From assembly GCA_021796385.1 (NCBI GenBank), contig JAJYXQ010000081.1, positions 1,377 through 65,376 of the forward strand: 64,000 nt of DNA, written 5' to 3'. Source of the DNA: Thermoplasmata archaeon (GTDB lineage Archaea; Thermoplasmatota; Thermoplasmata; Lutacidiplasmatales; UBA184). This document shows positions 41,920 to 50,941 of this stretch, one piece after another. The notes under the pieces were generated by a model. The model was not told the DNA's origin, made no database searches, and was given only the letters and a program-made list of their open reading frames with translations. Both the position numbers and the translations under genes were made by a program. The stretch's first letter is position 1. Each line of letters opens with the position of its first letter.

Positions 41920-43202
41920 CGACGAGCACCCCTTTCTGTGCGCAGTCGGTCGAGATGATGGATAGCAACGTCTATGGTCCTACGCCGGTAGACCTCCGCC
42001 GTCTCTCCGGAGGACTGGGGTCTCCGGAGTTCGTGGAGCAGTTCGCGCGCTACCCGAAGCGTGGCTTCCGGAGAAAGGTCCGGAAGCGGAGGAAGGGCCG
42101 AAAGGATGCTCGATAGCACAGAACCTTCAACGTCGTTCGGATCGACGGCAATTGCGCTGGGGGGGGCGACCTCACGCGCTGTGAGGTCGTTCAGGTCGAG
42201 ATGGACAACCCCCGGATCGAGCCCTCGGAGGGCGGTCATGAGAGCAGTGATGTCTGTGCTACCGTCCCTCTCACCATGCAAGCGCGGGACCAGGATCCGG
42301 GTCTCCCCCGGGATCCGGGGGGTAGCCCAAGCTTCCCGGGCCTTCGTAGTAGCTTCGGTGATGGAGGTAGCGTTCGCCTTGATGTCCACAAAACGGATGG
42401 ATTCTGATGGGGTTGTGATACGCCAATCGGGATGGGCCTTCCCTTCCTTCACATCCACGATCACGACCCCCGCACGCGTGAGCCCCCGGGCGATCTTGTC
42501 GAGGTCGGTGATGGATGTACCGAACGTGGCGCCGGGGTTCACAAGCACGCCTTGGCCGTCCGGACCCATCCCCGAGTACGTCTCATGGATATGTCCTCCC
42601 GCATAATATCCGCATCCCTTGGGTAGTCGGGCTAATGGGACCCCGGTGACCATGCCTTGCAATTCGGGAGGCAGGTACTCTAAGATGGCGGCGTGGTATA
42701 GGAATATGTGGAACCCCTGCTCGGCGAGAAATCCTTCGGAGCGCATGGTCTCGAAGGCATGGGCGTCCAGCCCCTGGGTCCTCCCGGAGACCCCAGCAAT
42801 CACGGCTCCGGTGGGTTCGTCACGTACCCAAGGAAGATCCCAGGCCTGCCCCTCCTCCATGCGCGGAGAAGGCGCCACACGGGCGAAGAGCCCACCTTCC
42901 GACAGCACATCGAGCCAGCTGATTTGGTGGACCACGTAATCGTGCGAGCCGAAGATGGCGTAGACCCGTATCCCTGCGTCATGCAGTTCCCGCAAGGCGG
43001 CGGCGACGGGGGCGGCTTCGGTAGGCTCGGGGGTCGGATTGTGGAAAAGGTCGCCGGAGATCAACAAGAACTCCGATCGGCTTTCCCGAACCAAATCGAA
43101 GGCTCGGAGGACTGAAGCCCGGAGGGCCCTCTGCAATCCCGGGTCCCGGGGCCAAGCGCCGATGTGGGCGTCGGCGATATGAGCGAATCGGAAATTTTTC
43201 AA
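41916..43202 (-). CDS. mre11: DNA double-strand-break repair nuclease Mre11
   Basis: HIADAHIG, SGDLFH, GSHD, GHIH, NPGA phosphoesterase motifs; ATGA overlap with rad50; TTG start. Confidence 0.92.
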   Translation of the reverse strand: MKNFRFAHIADAHIGAWPRDPGLQRALRASVLRAFDLVRESRSEFLLISGDLFHNPTPEPTEAAPVAAALRELHDAGIRVYAIFGSHDYVVHQISWLDVLSEGGLFARVAPSPRMEEGQAWDLPWVRDEPTGAVIAGVSGRTQGLDAHAFETMRSEGFLAEQGFHIFLYHAAILEYLPPELQGMVTGVPLARLPKGCGYYAGGHIHETYSGMGPDGQGVLVNPGATFGTSITDLDKIARGLTRAGVVIVDVKEGKAHPDWRITTPSESIRFVDIKANATSITEATTKAREAWATPRIPGETRILVPRLHGERDGSTDITALMTALRGLDPGVVHLDLNDLTAREVAPPSAIAVDPNDVEGSVLSSILSALPPLPDLSPEATLRVARELLHELRRPQSSGETAEVYRRRTIDVAIHHLDRLRTERGARR

Positions 43203-43495
43203 GCCCGTTCCCGGGATTTCTTGAGCATGGCGGCGAAAATGCCGGCCATCGGCCCCAGGATCATGATCAGTTCCTCCGCCGTCAGGGAGGTCACTCCCGA
43301 AGGACCGCGGCTGACGGAGGGAGTCGGGGCCGGGGTCTCTCCGGAGATCTGCGATGGGGGAGGGGGAGGGCCTCCCAATTGGTCCTCCAGACTCCGGATA
43401 TCTTCGGACATAGCCGAAAAGAGTTCTCGTGCCTCCTCCAAGGTGATCTGTCCGTTCTTAAGACGAATGAGAAGATAGTTGCGCCGATTTTCCAT
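43199..43495 (-). CDS. Small hypothetical protein translationally coupled to mre11
   Basis: TGA overlaps the mre11 TTG (TTGA); N-terminal LKNGQITLEEAREL (SHOCT-like) and a C-terminal hydrophobic helix. Confidence 0.65.
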   Translation of the reverse strand: MENRRNYLLIRLKNGQITLEEARELFSAMSEDIRSLEDQLGGPPPPPSQISGETPAPTPSVSRGPSGVTSLTAEELIMILGPMAGIFAAMLKKSRERA

Positions 43496-43594
43496 CGAGG
43501 AACCCCTGATGGCGCATTGCAACCAAGGCGAACTAATAATATTGTCGGGAAGCGGGCTATCCCATCCTTGACCCAGGGGTGTCTCGGTGTTGTA

Positions 43595-44284
43595 TCAACC
43601 CGTGGAGCCACCGAGCCCGGCCGTTTCTCGGGACGAGTTGGGCTTCCCGGTGATACGATCCCTAGGAACGCGATCTGGACCCGGTTTCGTCCCTCGGGAA
43701 CGTAACGTGTCGAGCCAGAGCTCCATCATAAGCAAGAGCACCCCGTCCGTAATGATCCCGGCTATCGGGACGTACCAGGCGAAGCTGTAGAAGAGCCAGC
43801 CGGATTCTCCCCCTAAGACCGCCAAATACCACGTCGCTGCTGAGGTGGCGAGTGGGGTGACCACCGTAAGCATCCCGATGAAGATGACGACAAGCCAATT
43901 CGCCCGCATCCCTTTCGGCTGATCTCTCCATGTTCGAGATATCGCTAAGGTCACGGCGGCCCCGCCTCCGATGGCGGCCAACAACCCACCGAACGCTATC
44001 TCAAAGGCGCTGAGTGCGGGGATCGTCAACTGGCACCAAGGGCTCAGTACCATAAGGATCGGAAAATCCCACCATATCAACTGACCATTCCAATACTGGA
44101 TGGAGAACTGAATGGTATCCCCGGTCGACGGCAAGAAAGAGAGATACAACCCCAACCAAGCCGAAAGGATGGCATAGAAGATCCATAGCCCGATGGCGAG
44201 GAGCCACCCGTGATGTTCACGGAGCTCGCCTCGGACTTCCCGTAACGCGAACGATCGCAGGATGTAACTCCCACTTGACCTCAT
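43595..44284 (-). CDS. Hypothetical multi-TM protein downstream of the cupredoxin
   Basis: About five hydrophobic segments from ATG 44284; the longer ORF call overlaps the cupredoxin and is unlikely. Confidence 0.65.
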   Translation of the reverse strand: MRSSGSYILRSFALREVRGELREHHGWLLAIGLWIFYAILSAWLGLYLSFLPSTGDTIQFSIQYWNGQLIWWDFPILMVLSPWCQLTIPALSAFEIAFGGLLAAIGGGAAVTLAISRTWRDQPKGMRANWLVVIFIGMLTVVTPLATSAATWYLAVLGGESGWLFYSFAWYVPIAGIITDGVLLLMMELWLDTLRSRGTKPGPDRVPRDRITGKPNSSRETAGLGGSTG

Positions 44285-44387
44285 GGCAAGGAACGGACCA
44301 TGGATCTTCCGGGTAAAACGTACCGCTTGGACGGACCACCGCCAACGAGGGCGTTCGTATCGATAGGAAGCGATGACGAAGGTCGGT

Positions 44388-45131
44388 CTACCACGTCTGA
44401 GGGGGTTTCTCGCCTGGGGCCACCGAGGGAACCGCTGAGGAGGCTGGCTCCTCCTCTTCCTCATCCGGAGAAACGCGGGGAGGTTTGTGGCTGCGGGCAA
44501 CAAATATGACGGCCACGATGAGGACCCCGGCCGTGCTGATGCCAAGGGCATCCAGTTGAAGTTTGTTCAGGCCGAAGGTGGATGCAGGGGAACTGGGAGC
44601 AGGAACTCCGATGTACACGTGCCCGAACATCCCTTGCTGAAAGTGTCCGGGTACTTCACAAATGAAGGTGAGCACTGCATGGGTTGGCAACTGAACCGGG
44701 GGCGTGCTCTGGGGAGAACCGGCAGAGATCTCTGGGACGATACGGGCGAGGGGAGGATATTTCACGAAGTACGAGTCCACCTGTTGCGGTGTCCAGTTCG
44801 GAGAAAGGGTAGTGTCGTTCGATATCGAATCCAAAGTGAAGTTGTGCGGAGTGTAGCCGATCACTCCCACGACGAACACCACGGGAGCTTGGGTCGGGAT
44901 GCTCACCACGTCCGGGTCCCAAGTGAGACCCGAGGTGCCATTGAGAAAGACCTCCCAGTACCCGCTCGAGCTGTTGAGAGGATGCACAAAGTGTTCGTAC
45001 GAGTCCGACGGAGTATTTCCCAAGGAGAGGGGACTCCCCTGACCGGTTAGCGACAAGGTAATCACAAAAAAGAGAACGGAGGCCAACAGGACCATTCCCC
45101 CGACCACGGCCCGGTTGCTCCCTACGCGCAT
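44388..45131 (-). CDS. Membrane-anchored type-1 blue copper protein (cupredoxin; sulfocyanin/rusticyanin-like)
   Basis: PHNFTL His, CEVPGHFQQGM (C-x4-H-x4-M); N-terminal signal/TM and C-terminal TM; TATA about 25 nt upstream of ATG 45131. Confidence 0.88.
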   Translation of the reverse strand: MRVGSNRAVVGGMVLLASVLFFVITLSLTGQGSPLSLGNTPSDSYEHFVHPLNSSSGYWEVFLNGTSGLTWDPDVVSIPTQAPVVFVVGVIGYTPHNFTLDSISNDTTLSPNWTPQQVDSYFVKYPPLARIVPEISAGSPQSTPPVQLPTHAVLTFICEVPGHFQQGMFGHVYIGVPAPSSPASTFGLNKLQLDALGISTAGVLIVAVIFVARSHKPPRVSPDEEEEEPASSAVPSVAPGEKPPQTW

Positions 45132-45154
45132 CGCGGCGCCCATTCGAACGCAGG

Positions 45155-45212
45155 TATATAACAACTTGGAATTTGACCGTCTAAGACCATTGAATTTCGG
45201 AAAGACTTAAAT
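45155..45212. promoter_or_regulatory. Divergent promoter pair (cupredoxin / oxidase operon)
   Basis: TTATATA on - strand at 45155-45161; AAAG..TTAAAT on + strand at 45201-45212, each about 25 nt from a start codon. Confidence 0.6.
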
Positions 45213-45234
45213 CCGGGCCCCTCTCCCACGCGCA

Positions 45235-48200
45235 GTGATGAACAGGGCGCATCTCCGCTGGCGGCCCCGATTGGCGGCGGTCTTCGTCCTTTTGTCTTTG
45301 CTCCTCTTGCTGTTTGCCGTCCCCGGCCTCCCCGCCGGGATCGCATTGGCCAGTTCAAACGCTCCCAACCCGTGCGGACACATCCTGAGGGCCGCGAACG
45401 GTACGGCCGGGCCCGAGGTGGAATGCTTCCTGAACGCGACCGCCGGTTTAACCTTCGACCCGAACCAGCTTGTAGTACCAGCAAATTCCACCATAGTGTT
45501 CCACGTCGGGGATGTGGGTGGTATCCCCCATACCTTCACCTTGGATAACGTTAGCAACGACTCAACCCTCGCTTCATGGACCCAAGCCCCGAACACTGTC
45601 TCCCCTGCCCAGCTCTACAAGTACTTCGCCTCGCACGAAGCAGTGAACCTCACGTTGGATGGGTCCGCGACCGGGAACACATCTTCGCCTGTGACCCTCC
45701 CGACCGCGCATGGGGTCTACTACTATGTCTGCCTTGTTCCGGGACACTTCCAGAGCGGGATGTATGGGGAACTCGTGATGGGTCTTCCCAAGCCCATTCC
45801 TTCAGTGGCCCCGACCCTCAACGTTCCCGTCCAGTTTGGGATTGTAGCCTTGGCCTTCGTCGCCCTCGCAGCCGCCGCCATCATCATATTCAATGCTCAG
45901 AGCTTCGGAGGGATTCGACGGGGCTTCGTCAAGCTCTTTGAGACCGAGCAGGCCGACCCCAACAGCCTGCGCTCCTGGCTATTCACCACAGATCACAAAC
46001 GCATAGGGATACTCTATCTTGCGACGTCCATTTTCTTCTTTTTCATGGCCGGTAGTTTCGCCCTCATGATGCGGACGCAGCTCTCGGTCCCCAACAACAC
46101 ATTTGTCAATGCTCAGGTCTACAATCAACTTGTGACGATGCATGGGCTTCTCATGGCCCTGTTCGTCCTCTCCCCGCTCGGATTCGCCTTTGCGAACTAC
46201 ATCATCCCGCTTCAGATGGGAGCAAAGGACATGTCGTTCCCCCGGCTGAATGCCCTCAGCTATTGGTTCTTCGCCTTAGGGGGCTTCCTCCTTCTTTCAG
46301 GGATATTCCTTCCAGGGGGGGCTGTCTCCTCCGGCTGGACCTTGTACGCACCGCTGAACGAGACCCCGTACCTCCCCCAGCCTGGGATGGATGTGGGTAT
46401 CCTTGGGATACTCATGCTGTGCATTTCTGTAGTCCTCGGAACCACCAACATCTTCACGACAGTGTTCCGTCAACGCGTCAAGGGGTACAAGCTCCTCGAC
46501 CTGCCGATGTTCACCTGGGGAATCCTGTTCACGCTGATCATGGCTTGGATTGCGTTCCCCGACCTCATGGCTGCCGTCGTCCTCCTCATGATGGACCGCG
46601 CCATCGGCTCAGAGATCTTCCTCGCCAACGTGGGGGGAACGCTCCTATGGCAACAGGTCTTCTGGTTCTTCGGACATCCCGAGGTCTACATTCTCATCTT
46701 TCCGGCGTTCGGGGCCATGTATGACATCGCGAGCGTCTTCTCTGGTCAACCCATCTTCGGGAAACGCTACGTGATCTACTCGATGGCCGCCATCGTGATC
46801 CTGAGCATGGCGGTCTGGCTCCATCACATGTTCATGACCGGTGTGAACCTGGGATGGATCGACTTGCAGTCGTTCACCACACAGGCGATTTCCATCCCAT
46901 CGGATACGCTCGTCCTAGGACTCATCTTCACTATGGCCGGAGGAAACATTCGGTACAAGTCCCCCATGCTTTTCACGCTGGGAGCGATCCCGCTGTTCAT
47001 CATCGGCGGCATCACCGGTGTTCTAACGGGCGTCCCGGCACTCGATGTGGGCTTCCATGGGACCTATTGGGTCGTCGGGCACTTCCATTACATGCTGGCG
47101 GGTACCGCGCTCTGGGGGCTCACCGCAGCCACATATTTCTACTATCCGAAGGTCACTGGCCGGATGCCCAACGAGAACATCGCCAAAGTCCACCTCGGAT
47201 TCGCCGCATTTGGTGTGAACATGATCTACTTCCCGATGCTCCTGCTCTACAACATGCCCCGCCGGTACTTTGTCTACTCCGCGAACTTGGGCTTCAATGA
47301 CCTCAACCTCATCTCCACCATCGGGGCGTACATCTACGCCACTGCGCAACTGATCTTCCTCGCCAACCTCCTCTATAGCTGGAAGCGGGGGCAAGTGGCC
47401 TCGCGCAACCCCTGGCAGGCCTGGGGGTTCGAATGGCTGACTTCTTCCCCACCGCCAGCGTGGAACTTCGATGGGGACCCCACCATCCGTGGCACCCGGA
47501 TGTCCGTGGAGCCTTCCATGGAGCACCCCCACCCTCCCCATCTGAGCAAGTGGCCGATGTTCGTAGGAGTGGGGTCGTTCCTTTCACTCTTCGGGCTCGT
47601 AGTGCAGCTTTACTGGGGGAACCCGATCCTCTTGGTGCTGGGGCTAGTCCTCGTCATCCTTTCGATGGCGGGTTGGGCATGGGAGGATTTTGCCGACCGG
47701 ATCCCCGAAATGGATCACGGCACCCGGGAGCTCTGGCCCTTCGGGTCGCTCTCCAATGTGCAGTTCGGCACCATCGTCTTCATCAGCGGAGACCTTGCCT
47801 TTGTGGGCGCCATGGTAGGCGCATACGCCTTCACCACGTGGCAAGCCGCGTACTTCAGCGACCCGCTCCTCTCGCTCGCCGCTTCCGGCAGCACGCTCCT
47901 CACCGAGCTCATCCTCCTTTCCTTGGTCGGCAGCATTGCCCTGGCGATGGTCGGTCTCTACGGTGCACGTTCGCGGAACCTGGCGCTCGCCGAAACTGGA
48001 ATTGTGGGTACCATCGTTCTCGGGGGCCTTTTCCTGGTGGCATCGGTCCTGAACTGGCAAACCCTCACAAATTCCGGGATGGGAATGTCCACGGTGGGGG
48101 TCAACCTCACAACCTCCATGTTCTACGATTTCTCGATCATCCACATTGTCCACGTCGTGGCGCTCATCGGGGTCATGGGGTATTTTGCCGTCCGGGTGCC

Positions 48201-48345
48201 GAAGCTCTTTGAGTTACCGGACCACTCCATGGGCCCCGATGGCAATAAGGCAGGATCCCCCTTTGATGGGTTAGCCGCCGCAACGTACCTGTGGGTGTTC
48301 ATTGCGGCCTTCGGGATAGTTTTGACGGCCGTGTTCTTGATGTGA
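45235..48345 (+). CDS. coxA: Fusion: type-1 cupredoxin + heme-copper oxidase subunit I + subunit III (A-type)
   Basis: CLVPGHFQSGM; TDHKRIG, TMHG, DMSFPRLN, WFFGHPEVY, WLHHMF, VGHFHY, MPRRY; subunit-III-like region from SKWP onward. Confidence 0.92.
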   Translation: MMNRAHLRWRPRLAAVFVLLSLLLLLFAVPGLPAGIALASSNAPNPCGHILRAANGTAGPEVECFLNATAGLTFDPNQLVVPANSTIVFHVGDVGGIPHTFTLDNVSNDSTLASWTQAPNTVSPAQLYKYFASHEAVNLTLDGSATGNTSSPVTLPTAHGVYYYVCLVPGHFQSGMYGELVMGLPKPIPSVAPTLNVPVQFGIVALAFVALAAAAIIIFNAQSFGGIRRGFVKLFETEQADPNSLRSWLFTTDHKRIGILYLATSIFFFFMAGSFALMMRTQLSVPNNTFVNAQVYNQLVTMHGLLMALFVLSPLGFAFANYIIPLQMGAKDMSFPRLNALSYWFFALGGFLLLSGIFLPGGAVSSGWTLYAPLNETPYLPQPGMDVGILGILMLCISVVLGTTNIFTTVFRQRVKGYKLLDLPMFTWGILFTLIMAWIAFPDLMAAVVLLMMDRAIGSEIFLANVGGTLLWQQVFWFFGHPEVYILIFPAFGAMYDIASVFSGQPIFGKRYVIYSMAAIVILSMAVWLHHMFMTGVNLGWIDLQSFTTQAISIPSDTLVLGLIFTMAGGNIRYKSPMLFTLGAIPLFIIGGITGVLTGVPALDVGFHGTYWVVGHFHYMLAGTALWGLTAATYFYYPKVTGRMPNENIAKVHLGFAAFGVNMIYFPMLLLYNMPRRYFVYSANLGFNDLNLISTIGAYIYATAQLIFLANLLYSWKRGQVASRNPWQAWGFEWLTSSPPPAWNFDGDPTIRGTRMSVEPSMEHPHPPHLSKWPMFVGVGSFLSLFGLVVQLYWGNPILLVLGLVLVILSMAGWAWEDFADRIPEMDHGTRELWPFGSLSNVQFGTIVFISGDLAFVGAMVGAYAFTTWQAAYFSDPLLSLAASGSTLLTELILLSLVGSIALAMVGLYGARSRNLALAETGIVGTIVLGGLFLVASVLNWQTLTNSGMGMSTVGVNLTTSMFYDFSIIHIVHVVALIGVMGYFAVRVPKLFELPDHSMGPDGNKAGSPFDGLAAATYLWVFIAAFGIVLTAVFLM

Positions 48346-48361
48346 GGATGGGAGGGAAACA

Positions 48362-49180
48362 ATGGCAGGTACAGTGAACGGAAAGGCCCGAAGGGACCTC
48401 TTGGCCGGTGGCCTCATCATGCTCGCGGCGACGCTCATCCTCCTGTGGTTCGTCGCCAATCTCTACTTCGACCGCTGGGGGATCGGCGGGTTCCAAATGA
48501 GTCCTTTCCTTCCGTACCCGGTCGTGAGCGGGCCCTCGCTCAACTATGACCATTGGCTGGGCCTGTTGCTGGTGTACCTCGCCTTCGGTATCCCGATCGC
48601 CGTGGTCGCAATTGGGGAGGTCTTCTTGGTCGCATGGAAATGGCGCGCGCGACCCGGCCATCCCGCCCCTTCAGATGGTCTCCAAGAGAATATCATCCCG
48701 ACTTCGCGCCGAGGAAAGGGGTCGCGGACTCTCCTTACCGTCAACATCCTGGTAGCCGTCCTCCTCTTCAGCCTCGCGGTCTACAGCCTACCCATCAACT
48801 CGCTTTTGCTCGGGCAGCCCCCGGACCCGCCGAACACCCTCACCGTCAGTGTGAAGGCCTTCCAGTGGGGCTGGACATTCATCTACCCCAACGGGTACAG
48901 CTCGACGGGCTCCGCCATCCTTCCGACCAACGAGGAGATCGTCTTCAAAGTCTGGAGCACCGACGTCATGCACGACTTTGCCATCCCCAGCCTCAAGGTG
49001 AAGGTTGACGCCTACCCGGACCACAACAACACCGCCTGGACCATCATCTACCAGTCGGGAAGTTACGAGGTGTTCTGCATGGAGCTCTGCGGGGTTGGGC
49101 ATGCCTACATGACCGCCACGCTGACGGCGGAGCCGCAGGCCCAGTTCGCCCAATGGTACAATTCGACCGGGACCACCTGA
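48362..49180 (+). CDS. coxB: Heme-copper oxidase subunit II with CuA centre
   Basis: AFQWGWTFIYP, STDVMHDF, CMELCGVGHAYM; GGAGG RBS. Confidence 0.93.
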   Translation: MAGTVNGKARRDLLAGGLIMLAATLILLWFVANLYFDRWGIGGFQMSPFLPYPVVSGPSLNYDHWLGLLLVYLAFGIPIAVVAIGEVFLVAWKWRARPGHPAPSDGLQENIIPTSRRGKGSRTLLTVNILVAVLLFSLAVYSLPINSLLLGQPPDPPNTLTVSVKAFQWGWTFIYPNGYSSTGSAILPTNEEIVFKVWSTDVMHDFAIPSLKVKVDAYPDHNNTAWTIIYQSGSYEVFCMELCGVGHAYMTATLTAEPQAQFAQWYNSTGTT

Positions 49181-49983
49181 AGAACGCTTTCCGGGGGGAA
49201 AACCTTCCCCTTACCGCGACCATTCTTTTCTTCTTCGCTGCCGCGGGCATTCTGATCTGGATCGCCTACGGGCAACACCTGATCTTCAACACCTTCGCGG
49301 CCGCCTCCTCGGTCGTGTTCTTCGCGGCCACATACCTCGTCCTTCGGCAGACCGTGATGAAAGGAGCGTTCGAGCGGTTCGCGCGTTATGTGCGCAGACC
49401 GGTCGGCGCAATCATTTTCGTCGGCTACCTCGCCCTCCACTACTTCCTCTACGGGTTGTTCTTGGAAAGGCTCCTCATCGGGTTCTACGGAGATGTGCCC
49501 GGTGGACCCCCCGGGGGCTCCCCGCTCTATCTCTCCACAGGTCTAGTGTATCCCGAGTTCCCCGTCGGTGGGTTCTTCAGCATCCTCTCAAACCCGTCGG
49601 TCACCCTCTACATATCCTCGAACTACGGCATCACCCTGATCCCCTTCAGCTTCTTCCTCGGGTTCCTTATCGCAGTCTTGGTGATCGCCAACATCGAAGT
49701 CGTCTCGGATGTTTCGACCTGCCCCGCTTCCCGGCGGCGTCGTGCGTACGTCGTGCTCCCCTCCCTGGGCATCGCTGTGGGTAGCTCTTGCTGCCTATCT
49801 CTTCCCGTCCTGGTGACGCTCGTGATCCCGGCGGCGGGGGCGCTCTCCTACACCACGGCCGCCTCGTACCTCGCCTTCTTCGCCTTCCCGGTCGCCACCG
49901 CGGTCGCGCTCATGTTCAATCTCGAACATTCCCGTGCGATCCTCCGGCAAGTGGCACCACGCATCCCGGGCCCCACAGGGTGA
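49153..49983 (+). CDS. Hypothetical multi-TM protein in the oxidase operon with vicinal Cys (GSSCC)
   Basis: About six TMs; STCP and GSSCCLSLP; overlaps coxB by 28 nt. Confidence 0.7.
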   Translation: MVQFDRDHLKNAFRGENLPLTATILFFFAAAGILIWIAYGQHLIFNTFAAASSVVFFAATYLVLRQTVMKGAFERFARYVRRPVGAIIFVGYLALHYFLYGLFLERLLIGFYGDVPGGPPGGSPLYLSTGLVYPEFPVGGFFSILSNPSVTLYISSNYGITLIPFSFFLGFLIAVLVIANIEVVSDVSTCPASRRRRAYVVLPSLGIAVGSSCCLSLPVLVTLVIPAAGALSYTTAASYLAFFAFPVATAVALMFNLEHSRAILRQVAPRIPGPTG

Positions 49984-50046
49984 CCCGCGGTCGGCCCATG
50001 GATTGATATCGCCACCGAGCTGTCCACTCCTCCGGAACGGGCCTAC

Positions 50047-50940
50047 ATGCGCTTTAACCCAGGAACCCTCGAAGCACACCGCTTCAACCTCCCCATCGTG
50101 GACCATCACGCCCATCTCCGCCATGACCCATTGAGCATGGAGGCTGTGAAACGTTTCGAGCGCCTTGGGGGGTCCCATATCTTTCTCGCCACCCAGAACT
50201 ATGGGCCGGACGTGCCGGTCTCCGTCGAGGATTACCGCTCCCAGTACGAGACCACGCTCGCCATTGTCCGTTCCATCGCCAAGGAAACGACCGTCCAAGC
50301 ATTCCCGGTCCTCGCTCCCTACCCAGTGGACCTTGTCCGTGTGGCACCCAGATTGGGGCTTGCCCGCGCGGTGGAACTCCAAGGGGCTGCCCTGGACCTG
50401 GCCGGAAAGTATGTTCAAGAGGGGTTGGCCGTAGCACTCGGCGAAGTGGGCCGGGCCCACTTCGATGTCCCGGGCGAGGTGAGGGACGCCTTACGCTCAG
50501 TGCTCGAGCATGCGCTCGCCGTCGGGCGAGATGTGAACTGTCCCCTAGTCCTCCATACGGAGGACCTCGATGCCGGAGGATATGCAGGACTGGCCGAGAT
50601 GGCGCGCCGGTGTGGTTTTCCAGCTTCTCGGTTGGTCAAGCACTACGCCTGTTCCCATCTGCCCCCAGAACTCCGCCAGGGGGTCGCTCCCTCTTTCCTG
50701 GCACGCAAGGACCTCGTCGTTGAGGTACTGCCCGACCCGGGACCCTGGTTCTTAGAGACCGATTATCTCGCAGACCCGGCGCGCCCCGGCGCCGTCCTGG
50801 CGCTTGAGACGATTCCCCGGAGGGTCGCCGCTCTGCTCCGGGAGAACGCACAGGGAGAGGGACTCCTTGAGCGGTTGACGATTCCCTTCGTCGAGGCCCC
50901 GAGAAAGGTATATGGTCTTGACCTCCAACGGAAGGATTAG
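50047..50940 (+). CDS. Archaeal TatD-family metal-dependent hydrolase/DNase
   Basis: DHHAHL, LGEVGRAHF, LVLHTE, VKHYA, FLETDY. Confidence 0.85.
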   Translation: MRFNPGTLEAHRFNLPIVDHHAHLRHDPLSMEAVKRFERLGGSHIFLATQNYGPDVPVSVEDYRSQYETTLAIVRSIAKETTVQAFPVLAPYPVDLVRVAPRLGLARAVELQGAALDLAGKYVQEGLAVALGEVGRAHFDVPGEVRDALRSVLEHALAVGRDVNCPLVLHTEDLDAGGYAGLAEMARRCGFPASRLVKHYACSHLPPELRQGVAPSFLARKDLVVEVLPDPGPWFLETDYLADPARPGAVLALETIPRRVAALLRENAQGEGLLERLTIPFVEAPRKVYGLDLQRKD

Positions 50941-50941
50941 G

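Noticed and set aside
44285-44551. Extended start for the membrane protein at 43595
   Set aside because: It overlaps the cupredoxin gene in another frame; ATG 44284 gives a clean hydrophobic protein.
45990-46110. Quinol-oxidase (bo3-type) identity for the oxidase
   Set aside because: Helix I lacks the Arg/Asp quinol-binding pair, and subunit II has a complete CuA motif.
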